Assembly (NCBI GenBank): GCA_963675665.1
Contig: OY776510.1
Coordinates: 352,001-416,000, forward strand
Reading direction: 5' to 3'
Source: Spirochaetia bacterium
GTDB taxonomy: Bacteria; Spirochaetota; Spirochaetia; UBA9216
DNA length: 64,000 bases
A model generated the notes under the pieces. That model was not told the DNA's origin, ran no database searches, and worked only from the letters and a program-made list of their open reading frames with translations. A program made the translations under genes and the position numbers. This document shows, one piece after another, positions 17,355-26,570 of this stretch (position 1 is the first letter of the stretch; each line of letters opens with the position of its first letter).

Positions 17355-18773
17355 TCAGACTATCCTGAAATTATCAACCAGAACGCACCGCCGTTCCCTG
17401 GTAAATGTCCTTGCCCTGGTGAACCCTTCCCCGGTAGGGCTGGCTATCGTAAAAGACGTGAACCCTGAACCGCCGTAACCCATACCGTTGAAATTCGAAC
17501 CGTTTTTAACAAACAGCGAACAGTTCATAATTCTGGCCATTTTTGAGAGCTTGTCGATGTTGGTTGAATGTATCGACGCGCTGTGCCTGAAACCGTGTTC
17601 AACTTCAAAAGCAAAATCAATCGCTTCGTCTACATTGTTCATTCTTACAAGCGGGATTACGGGCATCAGCTGCTCGGTCCATACCAGGGGATGAGAACCG
17701 TCGACTTCGCACAGCAGGATTCGCGTTTCCTCCGGAATATCAAGCCCTATCATTCCGGCAATTACCGATGCGTTTTTACCAACATATTTTTTGTTTATCG
17801 CACCTTCATCGCCTTTTCTTCCGGGCCGTTCGATAACCATATCCGTAACCGCCTTAATCTGTTCCGAACCCAGTTCAAAAGCTCCCTGTCTGCACATTTC
17901 CGTTTTCAGAAGGTCGGCCACCTGCCTGACGACAAAGATTTCCTTTTCGCAGATACAAACGATATTGTTGTCAAAACCTGTGCCGGCAACTATGTCCCTT
18001 GCGGCTTTAGGAATATCAGCTGTTTCATCAACAACTACCGGCGGATTTCCGGGACCGGCGGCTATTACTTTTTTTGAGGACTGCCGCGCAAGGTTAACCA
18101 CTGCCGGACCGCCCGTAACCGTAAGCAAGTCTACCAGCGGGTGCTTCATAAGCATCTGACCGGACTCTATTGTAGGTGCATCAACAGTAGTTATTACGTT
18201 ATCAGGGCCCCCGGCTTCGGCAATTGCCCTGTTCAATATGCCTACCGTAAAAACCGATACCTTTTTAGCCGCCGGATGCGGGTTAAAAACCACCGTATTG
18301 CCGGCGGCAAGCATACTGATGGAATTATTGATTATGGTTTCGGTCGGATTAGTACTGGGCGCAATTGCCCCTATTACGCCGTACGGCGCATTTTCCACCA
18401 GCGTCAGCCCGTGATCATCGGTAAAACTCTGCGGCTCCAGGTCTTCCACGCCGGGAGTTAAATCGGCGGCAAGGGCGTTCTTTTTTAATTTATCTTCATA
18501 CCGCCCCATTCCTGTTTCTTCCACAGCCATGGCGGCCAGTTTTTCCACGTTGGCATGAACTGCTGCTCGCATTTCCTTTATCATCTTTCGCCGGACTTCC
18601 AGACTTGTCTTCCGGTAAACGCCGAATGCTTTCGAGGCCTCATAGACGGCCTTGTTGATATCAGGAAAGACTCCGGGCACACTGTAAGCCGCCGCTTCTT
18701 TCCTGCCGTCGGTATTTAATTCCTCAATTACATTTTTCACTATCTCACTGACAGCTTTTTCATCAATTTCCAT
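17355..18773 (-). CDS. CoA-acylating aldehyde dehydrogenase (EutE/PduP family) with N-terminal encapsulation peptide
   Basis: ETGMGRYEDK, PYGVIGAIAPSTNPTET, TGGPAVV, AGPGNPPVVVDETAD, FDNNIVCICEKE, FTIASPTGEG; N-terminal IDEKAVSEIVKNVIEEL. Confidence 0.93.
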   Translation of the reverse strand: MEIDEKAVSEIVKNVIEELNTDGRKEAAAYSVPGVFPDINKAVYEASKAFGVYRKTSLEVRRKMIKEMRAAVHANVEKLAAMAVEETGMGRYEDKLKKNALAADLTPGVEDLEPQSFTDDHGLTLVENAPYGVIGAIAPSTNPTETIINNSISMLAAGNTVVFNPHPAAKKVSVFTVGILNRAIAEAGGPDNVITTVDAPTIESGQMLMKHPLVDLLTVTGGPAVVNLARQSSKKVIAAGPGNPPVVVDETADIPKAARDIVAGTGFDNNIVCICEKEIFVVRQVADLLKTEMCRQGAFELGSEQIKAVTDMVIERPGRKGDEGAINKKYVGKNASVIAGMIGLDIPEETRILLCEVDGSHPLVWTEQLMPVIPLVRMNNVDEAIDFAFEVEHGFRHSASIHSTNIDKLSKMARIMNCSLFVKNGSNFNGMGYGGSGFTSFTIASPTGEGFTRARTFTRERRCVLVDNFRIV

Positions 18774-19326
18774 TGAAAAACCCCTTAAGGTCCGGATGCG
18801 GGCCCGGTATTATCACTCTGCTGTAAAGCATGCCCTTGCTGAAAAGCGGTTCTGCCGCTGCGTCAACCGCAGGCTGTACATCGCTTACCGGCCCGTTTAT
18901 CATCAAAATTCCCCGGCCGCCTGTTTCGTTCCCTGCCTTGATGGATACTATGTCGATTTCAGCCTTCTTTGCGGCCCTGTCAGCGGCTTCTATGGCGCCG
19001 GCAACGGACACTGATTCGACTATACCCAGCGCGTCGGGGGCCCGGGGGGCGCGGAACGTCTGCAGGGCCGGCAGAATACTACCGTCCAGAGCAGTGAGCA
19101 GCAGATGATCAAGTATCATGCTGCTGTTTTCAACAGCCCCGATTCCGGCATCAAGCGCTATTTCCGTCGACGCGACATCGCCGGTAACAAGAATCAGGAA
19201 TTTACCCGGATTGACAATGTCCGCCTTCAATACTGAAACCGGAGCCGACTTTATCATTGCATCAAGGCACACATAACCGTCTGCGATGCTGAGCAGTTCA
19301 AGAACACCAAGAATTTCAGCATTCAT
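18763..19326 (-). CDS. Tandem BMC shell protein (BMC-T, PduT-like)
   Basis: Two BMC domains (LGVLELLSIADGY...DAMIKSA...GDVA; ALGIVE...AIEAADRAAKKA...IIPGPH). Confidence 0.88.
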   Translation of the reverse strand: MNAEILGVLELLSIADGYVCLDAMIKSAPVSVLKADIVNPGKFLILVTGDVASTEIALDAGIGAVENSSMILDHLLLTALDGSILPALQTFRAPRAPDALGIVESVSVAGAIEAADRAAKKAEIDIVSIKAGNETGGRGILMINGPVSDVQPAVDAAAEPLFSKGMLYSRVIIPGPHPDLKGFFNGN

Positions 19327-19610
19327 TTTCTGTATACTTCCCTTCCGTTTTCAACTACAGAATCGACAATTCCTACTATGAGCGCATCAACGGGTTTGTC
19401 GATCGTAGAGGGCGTCTGCCTTGTTGACGAGCCCTGTGAAACCATAACAATCTCGTCTTTACCGGCGCCGATTATATCCAGCGCTATCATGTCGCCGCCT
19501 GCCGTTTTGCCTTCGGGCGTCAGCGGGGACACAACCAGATACGCCGGCGAATCAAGTCCGTCCGCTCTGACTGCCGCAACAACCGTGCCGCTTACTTTTG
19601 CCAGCAGCAT
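19323..19610 (-). CDS. BMC vertex pentamer (EutN/CcmL, BMC-P)
   Basis: MLLAKVSGTVVA...ALDIIGAGKDEIVMVSQGSSTR...PVDALIVGIVD. Confidence 0.92.
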   Translation of the reverse strand: MLLAKVSGTVVAAVRADGLDSPAYLVVSPLTPEGKTAGGDMIALDIIGAGKDEIVMVSQGSSTRQTPSTIDKPVDALIVGIVDSVVENGREVYRK

Positions 19611-19912
19611 TATTTTAAGCCCGCCTTTGAATAAACGATCTTTCCGTCGATTTCCAGATTATCAACTATGGCTGTTATTGTCGCGTCGCTCGGTTTTCCA
19701 CTTGTAACATCAGTCTGCCGGCTGCTGCTTCCGGTCACATAGAATACTATCTCGCCCATCCCTGCGCCTACGGCATCCATTGCGACAATAAAATCGTTTT
19801 TACCTTTCATTGTCTTCGGATCCAGTTTTTCAACCAGAAGGAATTTAATTCCGTCAAGCCTCGGCTCTTTCATAGTCGAGACTACCGTGCCGACCACTTT
19901 TGAAAGTACCAT
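19610..19912 (-). CDS. BMC vertex pentamer (EutN/CcmL, BMC-P)
   Basis: MVLSKVVGTVVSTMK...AMDAVGAGMGEIV...GSSSR...PSDATITAIVD. Confidence 0.93.
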   Translation of the reverse strand: MVLSKVVGTVVSTMKEPRLDGIKFLLVEKLDPKTMKGKNDFIVAMDAVGAGMGEIVFYVTGSSSRQTDVTSGKPSDATITAIVDNLEIDGKIVYSKAGLK

Positions 19913-19915
19913 CGG

Positions 19916-20215
19916 TTACTTCTTGCCTTCGGCTCTTCCAAGCGGATAGACAGCGTCAACGCTTTCATGGGGCCTGGGTATAATACTCACTGAAATAATT
20001 TCGCCCACACGCTCTGCTGCGCGGTTGCCCGCATCAAGAGCAGCCCTGACTGCCGCCACATCTCCCCTTATCACGGACGTTGTATACCCGCCGCCGATTT
20101 TAACCTGGCCGATGAGTTCAACATTGGCCGCTTTTACCATTGCATCCGAGGCTTCAACCATTGCGGCGAATCCTCGTGTCTCTATCATTCCCAAAGCATT
20201 TTCAGTTATTGCCAT
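19916..20215 (-). CDS. BMC shell hexamer (BMC-H, EutM/PduA-like)
   Basis: ALGMIETRG...EASDAMVKAANV...KIGGGY...IRGDVAAVRAA...IIPRPH. Confidence 0.95.
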   Translation of the reverse strand: MAITENALGMIETRGFAAMVEASDAMVKAANVELIGQVKIGGGYTTSVIRGDVAAVRAALDAGNRAAERVGEIISVSIIPRPHESVDAVYPLGRAEGKK

Positions 20216-20842
20216 TTATTCCTCCCTTCCGTTTATATCAGCAAGCCTTGCTTCGACCACATCCTTGCTTACAAGCACTTCGGCCTCTTCACCCGCGATA
20301 TAAACTCTTCCGTATTTACCATACCCAGTTACATTTATAATCTTGATAGTGGACGCTTTCTCTGCTTCATTAGCCGCATAAAAAGCATATCCGGCCGGTT
20401 CGATCTCAAGAACAAACAGGGTATCTCCCCTCAGCACCATATTCCCATACCGGACTTTATTTACAAGCTGTGCATGGTGATCACTGACGTTTTTGATAAG
20501 CTGGCTTGTAAGAACGCGGGGTTTCATCCTGCTGGCCTCTTCCAGTTTCAGCTCTTCAAGGACGGCACTCCCGGCCTGCCTTACATCGGCCTGACTGTCT
20601 GAATGGACCTCCAGCAGGCCGAAGGAGCGCTCAACTATCTGTATACCCGGGACCACATTCGTGGCCTTCAGGGCAATATCGGTAAGCCTGTTTATTTCTA
20701 TTCCCGGTGAGATCTCAATAAACGCGCAGGCCTGGCCTCCCACAGGGAAATACCCCCGTGAAATAGTGCACATATACGACGCCATCTGAAGCTGCAGCGA
20801 ATCAATAAAATTATAAGTTCGAAGATCTACGTTGTTCATCAT
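20216..20842 (-). CDS. Permuted, probably stacking tandem BMC shell protein (CsoS1D/CcmP-like BMC-T)
   Basis: LRTYNFIDSLQ.QMA, EISPGIEINRLTDIALKATNV.PG..IVERSFGLLEVH, LEIEPAGYAFYAANEAEKA, G.YGRVY. Confidence 0.87.
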   Translation of the reverse strand: MMNNVDLRTYNFIDSLQLQMASYMCTISRGYFPVGGQACAFIEISPGIEINRLTDIALKATNVVPGIQIVERSFGLLEVHSDSQADVRQAGSAVLEELKLEEASRMKPRVLTSQLIKNVSDHHAQLVNKVRYGNMVLRGDTLFVLEIEPAGYAFYAANEAEKASTIKIINVTGYGKYGRVYIAGEEAEVLVSKDVVEARLADINGREE

Positions 20843-20848
20843 TCACAC

Positions 20849-21136
20849 TCAGCCGTTCAGCGGCAGTTTCGCGTCTACAGAAGAATCCGGCCGGGGTATC
20901 AGGTGTACTGAAATAACCTCCCCAATTTTTTCGCCGGCCCTGCTTCCTGCATCAAGAGCAGCCTTTACAGCGGCAACGTCTCCCCGGATTACGGCGGTAA
21001 CGTATCCCCCGCCGGTTTTTTCCCAGCCTTTCAAATCGACTTTCGCAGCTTTTACCATCGCATCCGAAGCTTCAACAAGAGCGGCGAACCCCTTTGTTTC
21101 TATCATACCTAATGCTTCCGTCTGTATGTCAGCCAT
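20849..21136 (-). CDS. BMC shell hexamer (BMC-H)
   Basis: EALGMIETKG...EASDAMVKAAKV...KTGGGYVT..IRGDVAAVKAA...LIPRP. Confidence 0.95.
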   Translation of the reverse strand: MADIQTEALGMIETKGFAALVEASDAMVKAAKVDLKGWEKTGGGYVTAVIRGDVAAVKAALDAGSRAGEKIGEVISVHLIPRPDSSVDAKLPLNG

Positions 21137-21147
21137 ACAACCTCCTG

Positions 21148-21927
21148 TTAAACAGTAAATAATTCTATGCCATAATCCCTGATAATACGTTCATATTCTT
21201 CAGGAATACCGGTATCCGTTATAATTGCACTGAAATCTTCAAGTGAAGCAAAATAATTGGTCTGGACCTTTCCGAATTTACTCGAATCAATCAGCAGAAT
21301 CCTTTTCTGGCTGGATTCCATTATCGCTTCCTTTACAGCCCTCTCGTGGTGAATCTTTGTCGTCACTCCCAGCTCTGCGGTTGCTCCGCTGGCCGAGACA
21401 AAGGCTGTAACCGCCCGTGTCCGCCTGATAAGAGACAAACCCTCGGGACTTTCAAACATCTGGGAACGTTCATGAAACAACCCCCCGGCAAACAGCACCT
21501 GGCAGTTTTTCTTTCTGGTCATTTCATTCAGCACATTAAGCGAGTAGCAGAGTACTGTCAGGGGAAAATCAGCCGGAATCAGCCTGGAAACCAGTTCCAT
21601 CGTCGAACCGGAATCGAGAGTGATAACATCGTCGGGGTCGATAAGGGAAACAGCTTTTTCGGCTATCCTCTTTTTTTCGGCCATCCTGATCGTTCCCGCG
21701 ACAGGCAGAGTATAATCCGCTTCCGGGTTTCTGCCTGTCGTTCCGGAATTGTAAAATACCCCTCCGTGCCTTGAAAGAACAAGATTCTGATCTTCAAGGA
21801 TTCTCAGATCACGGCGTATCGTCATCTCTGATACCTGCAGCTTCCCGGAAAGATACTTTACATCCGCTGATTTGTTTTCTTCGAGATATTCAACTATCGA
21901 ATTCAGCCGCCTGATTTTCTTGTTCAT
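21148..21927 (-). CDS. DeoR/GlpR family transcriptional regulator heading the BMC locus
   Basis: VSEMTIRRDL HTH, EKKRIA, LDSGST, DSSKFG, IITD. Confidence 0.93.
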   Translation of the reverse strand: MNKKIRRLNSIVEYLEENKSADVKYLSGKLQVSEMTIRRDLRILEDQNLVLSRHGGVFYNSGTTGRNPEADYTLPVAGTIRMAEKKRIAEKAVSLIDPDDVITLDSGSTMELVSRLIPADFPLTVLCYSLNVLNEMTRKKNCQVLFAGGLFHERSQMFESPEGLSLIRRTRAVTAFVSASGATAELGVTTKIHHERAVKEAIMESSQKRILLIDSSKFGKVQTNYFASLEDFSAIITDTGIPEEYERIIRDYGIELFTV

Positions 21928-21938
21928 TGCAATAAGTC

Positions 21939-22008
21939 AGTGTAGATCCGGAAGTGTTATTTGTCAAACATTTTATCATTTTTTGTTATTATTTTGTTAC
22001 TTTTAACA
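21939..22008 (-). promoter_or_regulatory. BMC-locus promoter with DeoR-like operators
   Basis: Minus-strand TTGACA (21967-21962), 17-bp spacer, TACACT (21944-21939). Overlapping TGTTATTTGTCAAACA (21955-21970) and TGTTACTTTTAACA (21995-22008) resemble the TGTTA..TAACA deo operator. Confidence 0.55.
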
Positions 22009-22100
22009 TTTTGAGTTTTGAACTGATCCAATAAAAAAGGAGGCTGTCGCCCCCTTATATCCAATAACGCAAATCCTGCTCAAATTACTAATCCAAGCAA

Positions 22101-22144
22101 GACTTCGAGAACTGATTTTTTTAACTGCAGTTTTTAGAAGTCTC
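22101..22144. repeat. Degenerate copy of the palindromic REP/MITE-like repeat, abutting the galE stop codon
   Basis: AACTGCAGTTTTTAGAAGTCT (22123-22143) is identical to 34405-34425; imperfect left arm GACTTCGAGAACTG. Confidence 0.65.
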
Positions 22145-23134
22145 CTATTTAAGAAGCTCGTCCAGTTTGTCCCTGTAAACTTCCCATGAAGTTGCGATAA
22201 GTGTCTCACAGTCGCTGTATTCGGCAACCCAGCCGAGCTTCTCTTTGGCCATTGCAGACGATGCAACAAGTTTTGCAGGGTCCCCGGGTCGTCTGCCTAC
22301 AATTTCGGAAGGAATCTCGCGTCCTGAAATTCTGCGTGCTTCTTCCAGCAGTTCCAGCACCGACAGCCCGTTTTCAGAACCAAGGTTAACGGTAAGGCTC
22401 TCGTCTTTCTCATTAATATATTTCAGGGCCCTGACATGGGCATCGGCCAGGTCAGTCACATGAACGTAATCACGCACCCCGGTTCCGTCTTTTGTGTCGT
22501 AGTCGTTACCGAAAATCTGGAGCTTTTCACGTATCCCCGCGGCAGTCTCCATTATCACAGGAAGCAGATTAGCCGGGTTGCGTTCAAGGCCCCTGATTTC
22601 ACCGTCAACATCGTAGCCGGCTGCATTGAAGTATCTTAAAGCTGCATATTTCAAGCCCTTAAGTTTATCATACCAGGAAAGGAACCGTTCAATCTCAAGC
22701 TTGGTGAAACCGTAGTAGTTTTCCGGGTTTTTAGGGTGCTCTTCGTCTACCGGAAGCCTTTTCGGTTCACCGAAAATAGCTGCTGACGAGGAAAAAACAA
22801 GCTTTTTCACACCGGCATCACAAAGAGCGTTAAGAATATTAATGGTGCCTGAGATATTGTTAACCGAATACTTCTCCGGATGAATCATCGACTCGCCTGC
22901 GGCTTTGAAGGCGGCAAGATGCACTGCCGCATCAAACTTATCAGACTGGAATGCATCTGAAAGTTCCAGCTGATTCAGAATATCCCCCTCAATAAACCCG
23001 GCTTCACTGAAAAGATTTTCTTCACGGCCCGAGGAAAGGTTGTCGAATACGGTTATTTTATGTCCCGCGTTTAAAAAAGCCTTTACAACATGGCTGCCGA
23101 TATACCCGGCGCCGCCTATTACCATTACTTTCAT
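22145..23134 (-). CDS. galE: UDP-glucose 4-epimerase
   Basis: GGAGYIGSH, FSSSAA, YGFTK, LRYFNAAG, DGTGVRDYVHV, RRPGDP. Confidence 0.95.
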   Translation of the reverse strand: MKVMVIGGAGYIGSHVVKAFLNAGHKITVFDNLSSGREENLFSEAGFIEGDILNQLELSDAFQSDKFDAAVHLAAFKAAGESMIHPEKYSVNNISGTINILNALCDAGVKKLVFSSSAAIFGEPKRLPVDEEHPKNPENYYGFTKLEIERFLSWYDKLKGLKYAALRYFNAAGYDVDGEIRGLERNPANLLPVIMETAAGIREKLQIFGNDYDTKDGTGVRDYVHVTDLADAHVRALKYINEKDESLTVNLGSENGLSVLELLEEARRISGREIPSEIVGRRPGDPAKLVASSAMAKEKLGWVAEYSDCETLIATSWEVYRDKLDELLK

Positions 23135-23154
23135 TTAATACTCCCGTCCCTGCA

Positions 23155-24432
23155 CTACAATACTCTGCAGGCAGGTTTATTTCTGATTCCGAGCTCTGCG
23201 CAACATCCTTCTCCAAAAATACGCTCCATGTAAACAGTATACTCGTTTACACGGTTTACTGGAATATATGCCTGGACAGTTCCGGCAAATCCTCCGCCCT
23301 GCACACGGCAGGCGCCGTCGCCGGATAGAAACTGCTCACTGAATGCGAGTCCGATACTCAAAGCCTGTTCAGCCGGCCTTCTTCCGATATATATGTTCTG
23401 AAGATATTTAAACGACGAATTACCCGATTCATTTACCAGCCTTAAATATTCGGCAAAATCATCATTTTCAAGAGCCTTAAACTGGGCAACTGTCCTTTTG
23501 TTTTCGTTGATAAAATGAAAAGCCCGAAGAACGGCCCTGTCTCCGCAGCTTTCGCGAATACCCCGGATATTATCCGACAGCTGGTCCATTGTGATTCCGC
23601 GGCAGACATCCCTTCCGAGCCTCCCGGCTGCACAGCGCATTTCTTTCGGTATTGCGCTGTATTCATCCGACAAATCTGCGTGGCTCGATCCGACTGCGGT
23701 GACCATCAGGCTGTAGCCTTTCGCGGCAAAACTGTAGCTGATCGGTTTTATAACAGGCGCTTCCGGATTTTTAAAATCGATGCCCACTACACCGCCTGCA
23801 GCACAGGCTACCTGGTCCATCAGGCCGCAGGCCTTGCCGAAATATTGGTTTTCGGCAAACTGACCTATCTGTGATACCTCGACATAGCCGACTTTTCCGT
23901 TGTTATACAATTCGCTCAACACCGTTCCAATCAGAACTTCTATTGATGCCGAAGAGCTTAACCCGGATCCGGGCAGGACCTTTGAATCCATATTGCAGTT
24001 AAACCCGCCGGTTTTATAACCAAGCTCTTTGAAGCGGAAAAGAATGCCTCTGAGCAAAGCTGTAGTTGTGTCTTTTTCGCCTGCACGCACCGAAAGATCT
24101 GCCGTATCGAGCGTTACGGGATCATAGCCTTCGGAGATAAACCTAACCTTGCTTCCATCCGTTTTGGAAGCAACACATACTGAATCAAGCTCTACACTTC
24201 CTGCCAGTACATTTCCATGATTGTGATCCGTATGGTTTCCTCCCAGTTCAGTACGTCCCGGAGTACTGATCACCATTGCTTCCGTATCGCCGAATAACTC
24301 ATTATGCATATTCAACAATTTAAGATACCGTTCTCTTTGGGCCGGAAGCGCAGCCTCATTGTAGATTTCACCAAGAACGACATCGGCTGAACAGGTTGTT
24401 ACATCCCTGATAAGTTCTTTAATCGTCTTCAT
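23155..24432 (-). CDS. galK: Galactokinase
   Basis: PGRTELGGNHTDHN, GSGLSSSAS, AENQYFGKACGLMDQ, GGGFAG. Confidence 0.92.
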   Translation of the reverse strand: MKTIKELIRDVTTCSADVVLGEIYNEAALPAQRERYLKLLNMHNELFGDTEAMVISTPGRTELGGNHTDHNHGNVLAGSVELDSVCVASKTDGSKVRFISEGYDPVTLDTADLSVRAGEKDTTTALLRGILFRFKELGYKTGGFNCNMDSKVLPGSGLSSSASIEVLIGTVLSELYNNGKVGYVEVSQIGQFAENQYFGKACGLMDQVACAAGGVVGIDFKNPEAPVIKPISYSFAAKGYSLMVTAVGSSHADLSDEYSAIPKEMRCAAGRLGRDVCRGITMDQLSDNIRGIRESCGDRAVLRAFHFINENKRTVAQFKALENDDFAEYLRLVNESGNSSFKYLQNIYIGRRPAEQALSIGLAFSEQFLSGDGACRVQGGGFAGTVQAYIPVNRVNEYTVYMERIFGEGCCAELGIRNKPACRVL

Positions 24433-25472
24433 TCTGCTGCCTCCCTGCTGAAGTGGATTTCCGGTACTGCCCGGAGGGTTGAAGCCGCACCTTCCGCGCT
24501 GATATCCCTTTGCGGCATTGCAAGAAGCTCATACCCAACCATAAATTTCCTTATTTCGGCGGATCGCAGCAGCGGAGGGAAATAGTGAAAGTGAAAATGT
24601 ACTTCAGGATACTCGCCGCCGTCGGTAGGTTTCTGATGGATTCCCATCGAATACGGAAATCTTGTCTGAAAAAGATTATCGTATTTGATGCCGAGCAAAC
24701 GCAGAACGACTGCAAGATCCGTCTTCTCTTTATCATTCATAAGCGAAATACTGCCCATATGCCGTTTCGGCAGGATCATTGTTTCATATGGCCAGACGGC
24801 CCAGAACGGAACCAGAACTACGAAGCTTTCATTTTCATGAATTACCCTGCTGCCGTCTTCAAGTTCCTGCTTCAGATAATCGCATAGCATACATGAATTC
24901 TTCTCTTCATAATGCATTTTTTGATTTAAAAGTTCCATAGCCGGAAGCACCGGTATTTCACGCTCGGCCCATATCTGGCCGTGGGGGTGCGGATTTGAGC
25001 AGCCCATCATCGAGCCCCGGTTTTCAAAAATCTGTACATGATTTATGAATTCCATTGAACCGAGTTCTATATACTGGTCAACCCAAAGCTGAACTACATT
25101 TTTTATATCTTCTGTTTTCATCAATGCAAGGGTAAGATCATGCCTGGGAGAAAAACAGATTACACGGCATAAACCCTGTTCGGTTTTAGCCTGCAGAAGT
25201 CCGTTCTTATACACGCCTTCTTCTGTTTTCGGGAGAATGGCCATAAAATCATTATCAAAAACAAAAGTCCCGCTATAGTCGGGGTTCTTTATATCTCCGG
25301 CCCTTTTATTCCCCGGACAAAGATAACAGCCCGGATCATATTCCGGTAATCTTTCAGTAACGCTCTTGTCGACCTGTCCGTTCCACGGTCTTCTTGTCCG
25401 GTGCGGCGACACCTTTACCCATTCTCCCGTCAGGATATTCAGTCTGCGGTGAGGGTCTTCATTGAAATTCAA
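24429..25472 (-). CDS. galT: Galactose-1-phosphate uridylyltransferase
   Basis: HRRLNILTGEW, CYLCPGN, FENRG.MMGCSNPHPHGQIW, RKFMVGYE. TTG start at 25472 with GGAGG upstream. Confidence 0.94.
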   Translation of the reverse strand: MNFNEDPHRRLNILTGEWVKVSPHRTRRPWNGQVDKSVTERLPEYDPGCYLCPGNKRAGDIKNPDYSGTFVFDNDFMAILPKTEEGVYKNGLLQAKTEQGLCRVICFSPRHDLTLALMKTEDIKNVVQLWVDQYIELGSMEFINHVQIFENRGSMMGCSNPHPHGQIWAEREIPVLPAMELLNQKMHYEEKNSCMLCDYLKQELEDGSRVIHENESFVVLVPFWAVWPYETMILPKRHMGSISLMNDKEKTDLAVVLRLLGIKYDNLFQTRFPYSMGIHQKPTDGGEYPEVHFHFHYFPPLLRSAEIRKFMVGYELLAMPQRDISAEGAASTLRAVPEIHFSREAAE

Positions 25473-25505
25473 ATTTCTGCCTCCGGTTTGAATATAAATA
25501 AATGC

Positions 25506-25533
25506 TTGACAATAATATGTACACGTGTACAAT
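25506..25533. promoter_or_regulatory. LacI-type operator palindrome within the divergent gal/LacI promoter
   Basis: Perfect 14-bp palindrome TGTACACGTGTACA (25518-25531) between TTGACA (25506) and TACAAT (25528). Confidence 0.65.
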
Positions 25534-25558
25534 ACTATGAGATGAGGCGCAGGTCAAT

Positions 25559-26554
25559 ATGAAAAAAGCTGATTCAGATAAATCAGTCCCGCTCAGGGAC
25601 CAGGTTGCCGCGGCAGCAAATGTCAGCAGCGCAACGGTTTCCAGGGTTTATAATAATCCTTCAAGTGTAAGCAGGGAAAAATGCGAAGCAGTCAGAAATG
25701 CCGCAGAAGCTCTGGGCTATGTTCCGAACAAGTCGGCAAGTGCTCTCAGACGTAACGGCAGCGGTATAATCACCCTTGTTGAACTTAAAAAAAAGCAAAG
25801 ACAATACTACTGGGCAGATCTGCCGATTTTCAAATGGTTTTATGCCGATGTTCTTCACTCGGTAAAAAATGTAATTGACGGCAGTATGTACCAGCTGAAT
25901 ATAGCCTCGGTCAAAGGCCCGGATGATTTGAAAGCATTAAAAGCCGGAACAGACGGTCTTATCTGCTATGATGTTGACGAGCCCGCAGAGGCTGAAATGA
26001 TCGCGGAGGCCGGCATTCCTTACGTTATAGGCCACCACACAAAATCGTTCGCCGGCTTTTCAAGATGCAGTACCGATAATTTTGAGGGGGGCCGTATCCA
26101 GGCCTTAATGCTTAAAGATGTCGGCTGCAACCGGCCGGCCTATATAACAGCTCATCTTGATATGGTCCGGCCCCACCGGGAGCGGCTTGAAGGATTTTTA
26201 TCGGTATATTCCGAACAGAATGTGATAATTACCGGAGACGGAGTTGGCCGTGAAGCCGGATACAAAGCGGTGCATAATCTTGCAGACACTGTAGACGGCA
26301 TTGCTGCAGTAAACGACATTACAGCTGCCGGCGCAGGATACGCATTAATGGAATCCGGGCTAAAGGTGCAGCAGGATATTCCGCTGGCAGGCTATGATAA
26401 TATGCCTTTAAGCATTGCTCTTCCGTTCAGGCTTTTATCCGTTGATCTGAAACCGTCCATTATATATGAAAAAGCGGCCGATAAACTTTTGGAACTTCTA
26501 TTAGGAAAAAAACCGGAAGAAAATTCAACTGTACTTCCTGAAAAAATAATTTAA
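25559..26554 (+). CDS. LacI family transcriptional regulator (probable gal regulator)
   Basis: QVAAAANVSSATVSRV HTH, LGYVPN..A..L, TDNFEGG, GYDN. Confidence 0.9.
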   Translation: MKKADSDKSVPLRDQVAAAANVSSATVSRVYNNPSSVSREKCEAVRNAAEALGYVPNKSASALRRNGSGIITLVELKKKQRQYYWADLPIFKWFYADVLHSVKNVIDGSMYQLNIASVKGPDDLKALKAGTDGLICYDVDEPAEAEMIAEAGIPYVIGHHTKSFAGFSRCSTDNFEGGRIQALMLKDVGCNRPAYITAHLDMVRPHRERLEGFLSVYSEQNVIITGDGVGREAGYKAVHNLADTVDGIAAVNDITAAGAGYALMESGLKVQQDIPLAGYDNMPLSIALPFRLLSVDLKPSIIYEKAADKLLELLLGKKPEENSTVLPEKII

Positions 26555-26570
26555 TCTTCTTTTCATGATC

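Noticed and set aside
22003-22269. 88-aa ORF spanning the galE 3' end and the repeat
   Set aside because: Out-of-frame overlap with galE, running through a palindromic repeat; not protein-like.
22145-26554. gal operon as part of the BMC system
   Set aside because: It has its own LacI regulator and operator and is separated by a repeat and a distinct DeoR promoter; adjacency alone is not evidence.
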